This document shows, piece after piece, positions 7,879 through 16,398 of a stretch of 64,000 nt of DNA; position 1 is the stretch's first letter, and every line of letters starts with the position of its first letter. Made by a program: the position numbers and the translations under genes. The stretch is from the NCBI GenBank assembly GCA_045593905.1, contig JAZNXL010000014.1, positions 19,848 to 83,847 on the forward strand. Reading direction: 5' to 3'. The stretch comes from Eubacteriales bacterium (GTDB lineage Bacteria; Bacillota; Clostridia; Oscillospirales; QAKW01). The notes under the pieces are model-generated. The model did no database searches. It worked only from the letters and a program-made list of their open reading frames with translations, and was not told where the DNA came from.

Positions 7879-9810
7879 ATGAGGTTTATAAGACAAGGAT
7901 TAAGACAAGCATCGGCATCATCAGGCAGTGTAAGAGCCGAAAAGCTTTACGGCATTGACGCTGTAACACAGGAACGTGAAACATCAATTACGCGCGCAGA
8001 CGGGCAAAGCTCGTTTTTAGAAAAAATAACTCCCGGCTGTGTTAATATGATAAGAAAAAGCGAGGGTACAGTTAAAAAGCGCCCCGCGTACTCTATAATA
8101 TCTCACCCCGATACCCTTTCGGGTATCGGCGGTGTGTATGTTTACAAGGCCTACAACCGTGATATTCTTTTCTATGTAAAGGGCGATACCATTGAAATGG
8201 TTGACGGTGACAGAACGACAACCTTTAAAACCAACTATAATCTTGACGGTTCACGTGCTGTTCAGTACGACGAATACCTTGTGCTCATCAACAAGGAAGG
8301 TATGAGTATTGTAAGAGCGGGCAGGGGAGAAATTAATTACTGGAGTAATAAAAGCCTGAGCGACCTTAACACCTATGCTTATATCCCTACTATTTACATT
8401 GGAAACACGCCAAACGGTGCAGGAAGTGCATACGAGGGTGTAAACAGGCTGACAGACAGGGTTTGCGAGCTATATCAGGGCGATGGTGAGAGCTGTGAGT
8501 TTAAAACACACCTTAAAGCTACCGATTATGTAATTTATATAAAATCGGATAGCGGAGAGTGGTCGGCAAGAGACCCCGACTATATTACAAACTACTCGGT
8601 TGCTTTTAAAACTGCACCGCCAAAGCCAAGCGTTGCGGGTGAGGATAACGTTAAAATTGAATACAAAATGAAAGATGCCAAAACTCCTGCGTGGGACCTA
8701 TCACAATGTACATGCGGTGCCGTTTACGGTGCCGGCGGACTTAAAGACAGGCTGTTTTTATCGGGTAGCTTTGCTGCACCCGGAATGGTTTTTTATTCGG
8801 CGCTTGAAAACCCGTTTTATTTTCCCGAGTACAACTATATTAACGTTGGCGGTTACGAAAACGATATTTACGGGCTTATAAATCACGATTCGGCGCTTGC
8901 GGTGCTTACCAAAGACGCGGTGTACACGATAACCTCGGACGACAGCATAAGTGCTGCGGTATTGCACGATGCGGTATTTAAAATCAGTGACGTTTATGTA
9001 ACGCCCGAGCCTGTAAGTCCTCAAAACTCGTATCTGTTTGACGGCGAGCCTGTATACCTTACAAAAAACGGTGTTTGTTCGCTTACTGCAAGCGGTATAC
9101 TTGACGAGCGTTGTGCACAAATTCGCTCGGCAAGAATAAATCTGCATTTGTTGAAGGAAAACCTAAAAGAGTGCATAGCAATGCCGTTTAAAGATTATTT
9201 TGTAATTTCAAACTGCAGCGATACTTTGTATCTTTTAGACGGTAAGCAGTTTTCGACCGATTCTACGCAGCCGTTTTCGTCAAGGCAGTATGAGGGGTAT
9301 ATATGGAAAGGCATAAACGCAAAAATGCTTTGGGTACAAAACGATAAACTGTGCTTTTCAAACGGCGAGCACGCGTATTGCTTTAATAACGAAAGGATAT
9401 TTGCCGATGAGGTGGCACCCGGTGAGTTTTGTGATATTGAGGCATTTTGGGAAACGCCGTATATTTACTGCGGTGACTTTAAAGACTTTAAGTTTTTTAA
9501 CCGCATAGGAATACTTGTTGACGGCACCGACGAAAGCGGAGCCGAAAAAGGTACCGACTTTGAAATGTTTGTAAGGTTTGATAACGAGCCCTGGCGCGCG
9601 GTTAAAAAATATGGCGCCTTACTTTCAATGTTTGACTATGGTGTTATTGATTATGGGTGTTTTAATTACTCGGGTAGGGTAAAAAACTATGCACTGTCGG
9701 TTAAGCTTTTGCACAAAAAAGGCAGGGGTATTAAAATTCGTTTTCAAAACTCAAAGAAAAATCAGCCGTTTACAATGCTCAGGTTTGGCATTGATTTTAT
9801 GAAAATGTAA
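7879..9810 (+). CDS. large hypothetical virion-associated protein (643 aa), possible tail/nozzle component
   Basis: Long intact ORF abutting the previous gene, beta-rich, with no motif I can assign. Confidence 0.3.
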   Translation: MRFIRQGLRQASASSGSVRAEKLYGIDAVTQERETSITRADGQSSFLEKITPGCVNMIRKSEGTVKKRPAYSIISHPDTLSGIGGVYVYKAYNRDILFYVKGDTIEMVDGDRTTTFKTNYNLDGSRAVQYDEYLVLINKEGMSIVRAGRGEINYWSNKSLSDLNTYAYIPTIYIGNTPNGAGSAYEGVNRLTDRVCELYQGDGESCEFKTHLKATDYVIYIKSDSGEWSARDPDYITNYSVAFKTAPPKPSVAGEDNVKIEYKMKDAKTPAWDLSQCTCGAVYGAGGLKDRLFLSGSFAAPGMVFYSALENPFYFPEYNYINVGGYENDIYGLINHDSALAVLTKDAVYTITSDDSISAAVLHDAVFKISDVYVTPEPVSPQNSYLFDGEPVYLTKNGVCSLTASGILDERCAQIRSARINLHLLKENLKECIAMPFKDYFVISNCSDTLYLLDGKQFSTDSTQPFSSRQYEGYIWKGINAKMLWVQNDKLCFSNGEHAYCFNNERIFADEVAPGEFCDIEAFWETPYIYCGDFKDFKFFNRIGILVDGTDESGAEKGTDFEMFVRFDNEPWRAVKKYGALLSMFDYGVIDYGCFNYSGRVKNYALSVKLLHKKGRGIKIRFQNSKKNQPFTMLRFGIDFMKM

Positions 9811-9823
9811 AGGAGAAAACAAA

Positions 9824-10807
9824 TTGGCAAGTATATTTGATAAGCAAATAATGTCAGATGCCGATATAAAGCGTATTGACGAGCTTGGGGCACTCTGGCA
9901 ATCGGCAACTGACCAAAAGACAAAAGACCAGATACACCAAAAAGCTGAGGCAATAAGACTCAGCTACGGCTACAGCGGCGGTGATGACGGTTATCAGTTT
10001 ATTTTAAATAACCAAAATGTTCATAATACTGCGGCGGCAACAAATGCGTATACTGATGCGTTAAAATCGGCAAACGAACAGGCGCAAAAGCAGTATAAAC
10101 AAAACCTTGAACAAGCAGAGGATACAGGCAAGGCAAGGCTTAAAGAGGCATACGTAAAAAATATGCAAGACAGCCTTGGTATTGACCAACAGCTTAAAAA
10201 GGCGGGTATTACAGGCGGTGTTACCGAAAGCACCCGCGCGTATATGACCAATATATATAACAACAATCGAAACGATATTATTGACGATGTTAATACGCTC
10301 AAAAGCCAGATTATGAACGATGCAAAAAAGACTGACAGCGAGTATAAAGAGGGTATTGCGAAGGCAGAGTATGACGGCGCGCTCAAGCGTAGCGAGGCGA
10401 TAACCGATGCCGAACAGTTTGAATACAAAAAACAGCTTGACGAGTATAAAAAGTCAATTGACGAGCGCGACTTTGAGTATAAAAAATTAAAAGACGAGCT
10501 TGACCAAAAAGCGTCGGCATCGAAATCGGCATCGAAATCGTCATCGTCGTCTAAAAGCAGCATTACACCTTCGAGCGTTCTTTCGCTTATGAAGGCGGGT
10601 ATTTACGACAAGTCGTTTGCCGGTATTTTAGGCGTTAGTGATGACGAGGTTAAAAAGATTGTTGATACCTACAAAAACAAAGACCAGCAAAGCGCGGCAT
10701 GGCGTATGCTTCAAAACGGTATTTACGATGATTCTTTCCCCGAGATTTTGGGATATTCGGAAGAAGTATTGCTTAACTATGTGAACAGCGTGTTAAATGG
10801 TTTTTAA
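9824..10807 (+). CDS. hypothetical coiled-coil protein (327 aa) with Ser/Lys linker and duplicated C-terminal motif
   Basis: K/E/Q-rich helical core, a SASKSASKSSSSSKSS linker, then two related ~35-aa repeats (AGIYDKSFAGILGVSDDEV / NGIYDDSFPEILGYSEEVL). TTG start after AAGGAGAA. Confidence 0.3.
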   Translation: MASIFDKQIMSDADIKRIDELGALWQSATDQKTKDQIHQKAEAIRLSYGYSGGDDGYQFILNNQNVHNTAAATNAYTDALKSANEQAQKQYKQNLEQAEDTGKARLKEAYVKNMQDSLGIDQQLKKAGITGGVTESTRAYMTNIYNNNRNDIIDDVNTLKSQIMNDAKKTDSEYKEGIAKAEYDGALKRSEAITDAEQFEYKKQLDEYKKSIDERDFEYKKLKDELDQKASASKSASKSSSSSKSSITPSSVLSLMKAGIYDKSFAGILGVSDDEVKKIVDTYKNKDQQSAAWRMLQNGIYDDSFPEILGYSEEVLLNYVNSVLNGF

Positions 10808-10810
10808 ATA

Positions 10811-10839
10811 TTGATTTTGTAAAATCAGTGTGGTAAAAT
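10811..10839 (+). promoter_or_regulatory. sigma-A type promoter upstream of pdxK
   Basis: TTGATT, 17-nt spacer, TAAAAT, with a TG at the extended -10 position (TGGTAAAAT). Confidence 0.45.
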
Positions 10840-10871
10840 AAAAAATCATAACAAAAAGGGGGCGTAAAGGT

Positions 10872-11702
10872 ATTAAAAAGGTTGCTTTAATTAATGATTT
10901 ATCGGGCATTGGCAGATGCTCTCTTACCGTTGCGCTTCCCATAATAAGCGCTATGGGTCACGAGTGCGCGGCTTTTCCGACCGCTATTTTATCAAATCAC
11001 ACAGGGTTTGATGATTATACGTTTTACGATTTTACCGAGCATTTAAACGGCTTTTGCGCCTGTTGGCAAAAGCTTGGGGTAAAGTTTGATACTGTTTACA
11101 GCGGCTTTTTGGGTTCTGAGCATCAGGTTGATATTACCATAGAGTTTATGGATAAATTCGGTGCAGGCGCGCTAAAGCTGGTTGACCCTGTAATGGGTGA
11201 CGACGGCGTTATTTACGATACCTTTAGCGAGTCGATGCGCGAACACATAAAGCGTCTTGTAAAACGCGCCGATATTATAACACCCAATCTTACCGAGCTT
11301 TGTGAGCTTTGCGGTACAGAGTATATGAAAAGTACCACTCTTAAAAGCATTGAAAATATGTGCGCATCTCTTAGCATTGATAAAATTGTAGTGACAGGGC
11401 TTAGTAAAAGCTCGGTGCCTGAGCTTTGTGACGGTGAAATAGTTAATTTTGTTTATGACGGCGGCAACAGTTACTGTATAAAAAACAAAAAAACACCCGT
11501 TATGTATTGTGGTACGGGCGATACGTTTGCAAGTGTGTTATGCGGTGCGCTTACAAGTGGTAACAGTCTTGAACAGGCGGTTATAACTGCATCAACCTTT
11601 ACTGCCGAGGCGACTGAGCATACATATAAAAACGGCGGACAAAAGCTTTACGGAATAGCGTTTGAAAAAATGCTATATAAACTTATAAAAGGAGAAAACT
11701 AA
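10872..11702 (+). CDS. pdxK: pyridoxal/pyridoxamine kinase (PdxK family); conserved N-terminus lies upstream of the first ATG
   Basis: Ribokinase-fold PdxK motifs (VDPVMGDDG, GTGDTFAS). The frame is open from 10842 and encodes IKKVALINDLSGIGRCSLTVALPIISAMG before the ATG at 10953. The ATT at 10872 sits 9 nt after AAAGGGGG. Confidence 0.8.
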   Translation: MKKVALINDLSGIGRCSLTVALPIISAMGHECAAFPTAILSNHTGFDDYTFYDFTEHLNGFCACWQKLGVKFDTVYSGFLGSEHQVDITIEFMDKFGAGALKLVDPVMGDDGVIYDTFSESMREHIKRLVKRADIITPNLTELCELCGTEYMKSTTLKSIENMCASLSIDKIVVTGLSKSSVPELCDGEIVNFVYDGGNSYCIKNKKTPVMYCGTGDTFASVLCGALTSGNSLEQAVITASTFTAEATEHTYKNGGQKLYGIAFEKMLYKLIKGEN

Positions 11703-12215
11703 ATGAAAACCAAAACAAAATTGTTGACAAAAAGCGCACTTTTTGCAGCCTTAGTTTACGTTGCAACGCTTACCGGCGCCGTATGTCCCATTGGTTCGGG
11801 CGCGTATTTACATATAGGCGATGCACTTGTTTACAGTTCAGCACTGGTGCTGCCGCTTCCGTTTGCAATGCTGAGTTCGGCAATAGGCGGAGCCCTTGCG
11901 GATATTACACTTGGAAGCGCAATGTACGCACTGCCGACGTTTATAATAAAAGCTCTTACTGCTATGTTTGCGGTTTTATTTTCAAAATTAAGTAAAAAGC
12001 CGCTTTTAAGCGACGTTTTAATTTGCGCATCGGGTGCCGTTACAGTGCTTGGCTACTTTGTTGCCGAGAGTATTATGTACGCGTTGTCATCAACAGGAGG
12101 GTTACTGGTAGCAATCTCGACAGCGGCGGCAGGTATGCCGTATAACTGCTTGCAGGCGCTTGCATCTGCAGTTGTGTTTATAATAATTTCGCCATACATT
12201 AAAAAGATAAAATAA
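11703..12215 (+). CDS. ECF transporter substrate-specific (S) component, vitamin B6/HMP-type by context
   Basis: 170 aa with about 5-6 TM helices, the size and topology of ECF S components. Starts one nt after the pdxK stop. Confidence 0.6.
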   Translation: MKTKTKLLTKSALFAALVYVATLTGAVCPIGSGAYLHIGDALVYSSALVLPLPFAMLSSAIGGALADITLGSAMYALPTFIIKALTAMFAVLFSKLSKKPLLSDVLICASGAVTVLGYFVAESIMYALSSTGGLLVAISTAAAGMPYNCLQALASAVVFIIISPYIKKIK

Positions 12216-12240
12216 AAAGAGCCTTTAAGGCTCTTTTTTA
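12214..12240. terminator. bidirectional rho-independent terminator between convergent genes
   Basis: Stem AGAGCC / GGCTCT with a 5-nt loop, flanked by an A-run on the left and a T-run on the right. Confidence 0.75.
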
Positions 12241-13005
12241 TTTCTCGTTTTTTAAGTATTCGTGCAGTGTTGAAAGAAAAACTGCGTTTGTTGGGCAACC
12301 GCGCTTTTGGCTGATTGAGTTGCCAAACAATGATTGTATAGATTGGTCACTACAGTTATCCCACGAGCTTTCGATTGCATAGCGTATATTCTTTTCGACG
12401 CTCTTAGCTGAAATGTTATGAAGCTTTGCAAGTGTGGGGTAGAGCGCTTTGGTATAGCAGTTTAAAAGCGACGGGTCGTCGAGTGTCAGCATAAGTGCGT
12501 CAAACACTATTTTATAGCCTTTTGTACCGCTTGCAAGACCGACTCTGTGTAAAATTTCACGTACACGCTTTTTGTTAATTGCAACAATGTCTTTGGTGGG
12601 TGCGGTTGAACTTTTTTCAAAGAGCAGTCCATTAATGCGCGAGTCGAGGTCGATAAAATCGAGCGGAAACAGGCAGTAAACATCAATTCCTATTTCGTAT
12701 AGCCTGTTAATGCTTTTGTCAAGCATTCCGCTGCCAACAACCACAAACGCGGTGCCGCGCAGTAAATCGCGCTTTTTAAGCATTTGATAAAGCGAGCAGC
12801 AGTCCATATCGAAAAGATGGCGTGAGCAAACTATAACTTGAGGCGACAGCTGGGCAATTTGCTTTGCCGAATCGAGCGCGTACTGTGAGCGGCCTACAAT
12901 ATTGTAGTCAAACTCGTTTGCAAACGCGGTTATCTCGGTTTCAATTTGCCTGTCTGCCGAGGCTATAAAAAGACTAAGCCTTTGGGCGCTAGTTTCTAAG
13001 TGCAT
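12238..13005 (-). CDS. Spo0A_C-domain DNA-binding protein with degenerate (pseudo-)receiver N-terminus
   Basis: The C-terminus [64 protein letters not shown]...PTNAVF aligns with the Spo0A effector domain. The N-terminal part lacks the DD, phospho-Asp, Thr and Lys receiver residues. Confidence 0.75.
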   Translation of the reverse strand: MHLETSAQRLSLFIASADRQIETEITAFANEFDYNIVGRSQYALDSAKQIAQLSPQVIVCSRHLFDMDCCSLYQMLKKRDLLRGTAFVVVGSGMLDKSINRLYEIGIDVYCLFPLDFIDLDSRINGLLFEKSSTAPTKDIVAINKKRVREILHRVGLASGTKGYKIVFDALMLTLDDPSLLNCYTKALYPTLAKLHNISAKSVEKNIRYAIESSWDNCSDQSIQSLFGNSISQKRGCPTNAVFLSTLHEYLKNEK

Positions 13006-14347
13006 TTTGCGGTGCGGGTATACGTCCGCCGCGTGAAATAAATTTTTCGGAGCTTTCGCCGTGAACTGCCATAATGGGCGCGCTTCCTAAAAGTCCGCCA
13101 AATTCAACCTCGTCACCTACTGTTTTGCCGTAAGCGGGGATTACGCGAACTGCGGTTGTTTTGTTATTGATGACACCAATGCTTATTTCATCGGCGATAA
13201 TTGCCGAGATTGTTGAAGCGGGTGTGTCGCCGGGAATTGCAATCATATCAAGACCAACCGAGCAAACAGCAGTCATTGCCTCGAGCTTGTCGAGTGTGAG
13301 TGTGCCAAGCCTTGCTGAGTCAATCATACCCGCGTCTTCTGAAACGGGAATAAACGCACCTGAAAGACCGCCAACGTGTGACGATGCCATAGCGCCGCCT
13401 TTTTTAACAGCGTCGTTTAAAAGAGCAAGGCAAGCGGTTGTGCCGTGCGTACCGCAACGCTCAAGTCCCATCTCTTCAAGAATGTGCGCAACCGAGTCGC
13501 CGATAGCGGGTGTGGGCGCGAGCGACAAATCAACAATACCAAAAGGTACGTTAAGGCGCTTTGATGCTTCGGTTGCAACAAGCTGACCTACGCGTGTGAT
13601 TTTAAATGCAGTCTTTTTAATAATGTCGGCAATCTCTGTGATGTCGGCATTTTTTGCTTTTGAAATCGCATAACTTACAACACCGGGACCTGATACACCA
13701 ACGTTGATAGCACAGTCGCCCTCGCCAACGCCGTGAAATGCACCTGCCATAAAGGGATTGTCCTCGGGTACGTTTGCAAACACAACAAGCTTTGCACAGC
13801 CGATTGAGTCGTTGTCTTTTGTAAGGTATGCGGTCTTTTTAATAATCTCGCCCATTTTTGCAACAGCATCAAGGTTAATACCTGCTTTGGTGGTTGCAAC
13901 GTTGATTGACGAGCAAACGTTATTGGTAACGGTGAGTGCCTCGGGTATTGACTCGATAAGGTTTTTATCGCCTGTTGTCATACCTTTATGCACAAGCGCC
14001 GAGTAACCGCCGATAAAGTTAATACCGCAGGTTTTAGCGGCACGGTCGAGTGTTTTTGCTATTTTTACCATGTCTTCAACACTTGCATCGCGTGCAACAA
14101 GCGAGATGGGCGTTACCGAAACGCGCTTGTTAATAATCGGAATTCCGTATTGCTTTGAAATATCCTCACCTGTAGCAACAAGGTTGCCTGCGTACTTTAC
14201 GATTTTGTTATAGATATTATCGCAAAGCCTGTCAATGTTGTCCGACACACAGTCAAAAAGCGATATACCCATAGTAATGGTGCGTACATCGAGGTGTCGG
14301 TTATCAATCATATCAATTGTTTCTAAAACTTCTTTAATATTGAGCAT
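12989..14347 (-). CDS. UPF0210 (DUF711) family protein
   Basis: 452 aa. Family hallmarks along the whole length: N-terminus [35 protein letters not shown] and [12 protein letters not shown]. Confidence 0.88.
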   Translation of the reverse strand: MLNIKEVLETIDMIDNRHLDVRTITMGISLFDCVSDNIDRLCDNIYNKIVKYAGNLVATGEDISKQYGIPIINKRVSVTPISLVARDASVEDMVKIAKTLDRAAKTCGINFIGGYSALVHKGMTTGDKNLIESIPEALTVTNNVCSSINVATTKAGINLDAVAKMGEIIKKTAYLTKDNDSIGCAKLVVFANVPEDNPFMAGAFHGVGEGDCAINVGVSGPGVVSYAISKAKNADITEIADIIKKTAFKITRVGQLVATEASKRLNVPFGIVDLSLAPTPAIGDSVAHILEEMGLERCGTHGTTACLALLNDAVKKGGAMASSHVGGLSGAFIPVSEDAGMIDSARLGTLTLDKLEAMTAVCSVGLDMIAIPGDTPASTISAIIADEISIGVINNKTTAVRVIPAYGKTVGDEVEFGGLLGSAPIMAVHGESSEKFISRGGRIPAPQNALRN

Positions 14348-14354
14348 AGTTCAC

Positions 14355-14624
14355 CTATATTCTGTGCATTGAGTTAAAAATATCTTCGCGCATTGTATGA
14401 ATTTTGAGTCCGAGTTCGTTTCCGCATTTGTCGAGTGCATCAACAATATCAGTAAACGGTATAGAGGTATCTTGCGCATCGGCAAGCATTACCATTGAAA
14501 ACATATTGTTCATAACCTTTTGCGAAATATCAACAATATTAATGTTAAGCTTTTTGCAGGTTGTAGCAACGTCGCATACAATGCCGACTTTATCGTGACC
14601 TGCAACTGTAATTACAATTCTCAT
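14355..14624 (-). CDS. ACT domain protein, UPF0237 family
   Basis: 89 aa. MRIVITVAGHDKVGIVCDVATTCKKLNINIVDISQ is a typical ACT fold start. It is the conserved upstream partner of UPF0210 genes. Confidence 0.85.
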   Translation of the reverse strand: MRIVITVAGHDKVGIVCDVATTCKKLNINIVDISQKVMNNMFSMVMLADAQDTSIPFTDIVDALDKCGNELGLKIHTMREDIFNSMHRI

Positions 14625-14656
14625 AGCATTTTCTCCTTGATTTTATTCAAATAAAA

Positions 14657-14684
14657 ATTATATCATAAATACATAGTTTTTCAA
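14657..14684 (-). promoter_or_regulatory. promoter of the ACT-UPF0210-Spo0A_C operon
   Basis: Read on the minus strand: TTGAAA, 16-nt spacer, TATAAT, with extended -10 TGATATAAT. Confidence 0.5.
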
Positions 14685-14691
14685 GTTTTTA

Positions 14692-14719
14692 TTGAAAGTT
14701 TGCAAAAGTATGGTAAAAT
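14692..14719 (+). promoter_or_regulatory. promoter of the Lrp-aminotransferase-ispE operon
   Basis: TTGAAA, 16-nt spacer, TAAAAT, with extended -10 TGGTAAAAT. Confidence 0.45.
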
Positions 14720-14752
14720 AGGTGTAGTATTATTTTAAGGAGATTATAGCAA

Positions 14753-15238
14753 ATGAACGACAAAAAGCTTTTAGCGCTTATAGAAAAGGATGCTCTTATC
14801 AAAAAAACTCAGCTTGCGGCGGCACTTGGTTGCAGCGAGGCAGAGGTGGAGTCCGCCATTGCGCGTCTTGAAAAAGAAAAGGTCATTTTAGGCTATAATA
14901 CAATGATAGACTGGGATAAAACCAACCGCGGCGGCATTACTGCCATGATTGAGCTTAAAATCTCGCCTGTTCGCGGCGAGGGTTTTGACAAGGTTGCACG
15001 CAGAATCTCAAAATACCCGCAGGTAACAAGCGTTTCGCTTATGTCGGGCTCCTACGATATTTTGCTGTCAATCGAGGGCAAATCTCTTCAGGAGGTTGCG
15101 CTTTTTGTATCGCAAAAGCTTGCAACAATGGAGGGCGTTTTGTCAACCGCAACACATTTTGTTCTTAAAAAATATAAAGAAAAAGGACTCTCCTACGATG
15201 TTGCCGAGGGTGATATGAGGGGACTTTATAACCTATGA
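14753..15238 (+). CDS. Lrp/AsnC family transcriptional regulator
   Basis: N-terminal HTH (LLALIEKDALIKKTQLAAALGCSEAEV) plus a C-terminal RAM/AsnC ligand domain. The stop overlaps the aminotransferase start (ATGA). The arrangement resembles B. subtilis alaR-alaT. Confidence 0.85.
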   Translation: MNDKKLLALIEKDALIKKTQLAAALGCSEAEVESAIARLEKEKVILGYNTMIDWDKTNRGGITAMIELKISPVRGEGFDKVARRISKYPQVTSVSLMSGSYDILLSIEGKSLQEVALFVSQKLATMEGVLSTATHFVLKKYKEKGLSYDVAEGDMRGLYNL

Positions 15239-16398
15239 TAAACTATGACTCAATACTTTCAGATAAAGTAAAAACTATAAAACCGTCGGGCATACGAAAG
15301 TTTTTTGATATTGCTGCCGAGTACGACGACGTTTTGTCGCTCTCGGTGGGTGAGCCTGACTTTGAGACCCCGTGGCATATACGCGAGGCGGGTATAGAAG
15401 CGCTCGAGCGTGGACGCACCAAGTACACCGCAAACGCAGGCATGCGTGAGCTACGCGTTGAAACCGCAAACTACTTAAAACGCAGATTTTCGCTTGACTA
15501 TCAACCCGAAGACACATTAATAACAGTAGGCGGAAGTGAGGCTATTGACCTTGCAATCCGTGCGCTTATTAACCCCGGTGACGAGGTTTTGGTGCCTGAA
15601 CCGTCGTTTGTGTGCTATAGTCCTATTACCACTCTTGCAGGCGGTGTTGCAGTGCCGATTGTAACACGTCAACAAGACGATTTTAAGCTGACGGCATCAG
15701 CACTTAAAAGTGCAATCACGCCCAAAACAAAAATGCTTGTGCTACCGTTCCCTAACAATCCCACAGGCGCAATTATGACCCGCAAAGAGTTAAATGCAAT
15801 CGCGCGTGTTTTAAAAGACACAAACATTATTGTTTTGTCAGACGAAATTTATGCCGAGCTTACATACGGAACAAAGCACGTAAGCTTTGCATCTATTGCC
15901 GATATGAAAGAGCGCACCATTGTTGTAAACGGCTTTTCAAAAGCGTTTTCAATGACAGGCTGGCGACTTGGTATTGCCGCAGGTCCGCGCCCCATTATTG
16001 ATAAAATGATACGCATTCACCAATACGGCATTATGAGCTCGCCTACAATCAGCCAGTACGCAGCTATTGAGGCACTTAAAAAAGGCGACAGCGATATTGA
16101 GGTTATGAAAAACAACTATGACGAACGCCGCAAACTCATTTTAGAGGGTGTTCGTGCTATGGGTATTCCTTGCTTTGAGCCGTTTGGCGCATTTTACATA
16201 TTCCCCGATATTTCAAAGTTTGGGCTTTCGAGTGACGAGTTTTGCGAGCGTTTGCTTCGCGAACAGCGCCTTGCTGTTGTACCGGGCAGCGCATTTGGTG
16301 ATAGCGGCGAGGGCTTTATTCGTATCTCATACGCATATTCGGTAGAAAATATAAAGCTTGCACTTGAACGCCTTGAAAGGTTTGTAAACTCATTGTGA
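15235..16398 (+). CDS. class I/II PLP-dependent aminotransferase (AlaT/AspC-like)
   Basis: Motifs GEPDF, NPTGA and SKAFSMTGWRLG (PLP lysine). 387 aa, collinear with B. subtilis AlaT by eye. Confidence 0.88.
   Translation: MINYDSILSDKVKTIKPSGIRKFFDIAAEYDDVLSLSVGEPDFETPWHIREAGIEALERGRTKYTANAGMRELRVETANYLKRRFSLDYQPEDTLITVGGSEAIDLAIRALINPGDEVLVPEPSFVCYSPITTLAGGVAVPIVTRQQDDFKLTASALKSAITPKTKMLVLPFPNNPTGAIMTRKELNAIARVLKDTNIIVLSDEIYAELTYGTKHVSFASIADMKERTIVVNGFSKAFSMTGWRLGIAAGPRPIIDKMIRIHQYGIMSSPTISQYAAIEALKKGDSDIEVMKNNYDERRKLILEGVRAMGIPCFEPFGAFYIFPDISKFGLSSDEFCERLLREQRLAVVPGSAFGDSGEGFIRISYAYSVENIKLALERLERFVNSL

Larger units (their letters stand above)
1026..10807 (+). mobile_element. phage-derived head/packaging/lysis gene cluster (defective prophage or GTA-like element)
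   Basis: 12 same-strand ORFs with gaps of 32 nt or less and several start/stop overlaps. They include TerL, portal, scaffold, capsid, holin and lysin. No integrase, repressor, replication or tail-tube genes are present, and housekeeping genes lie on both flanks. Confidence 0.8.

Noticed and set aside
10021-10563. 180-aa minus-strand ORF antisense to the coiled-coil phage-cluster gene.
   Set aside because: It is a mirror image of a K/E/D-rich coding sequence, giving an S/F/L-rich product (LLLDDDDDFDADFDAD...). It would be the only opposite-strand ORF in a tightly packed operon.
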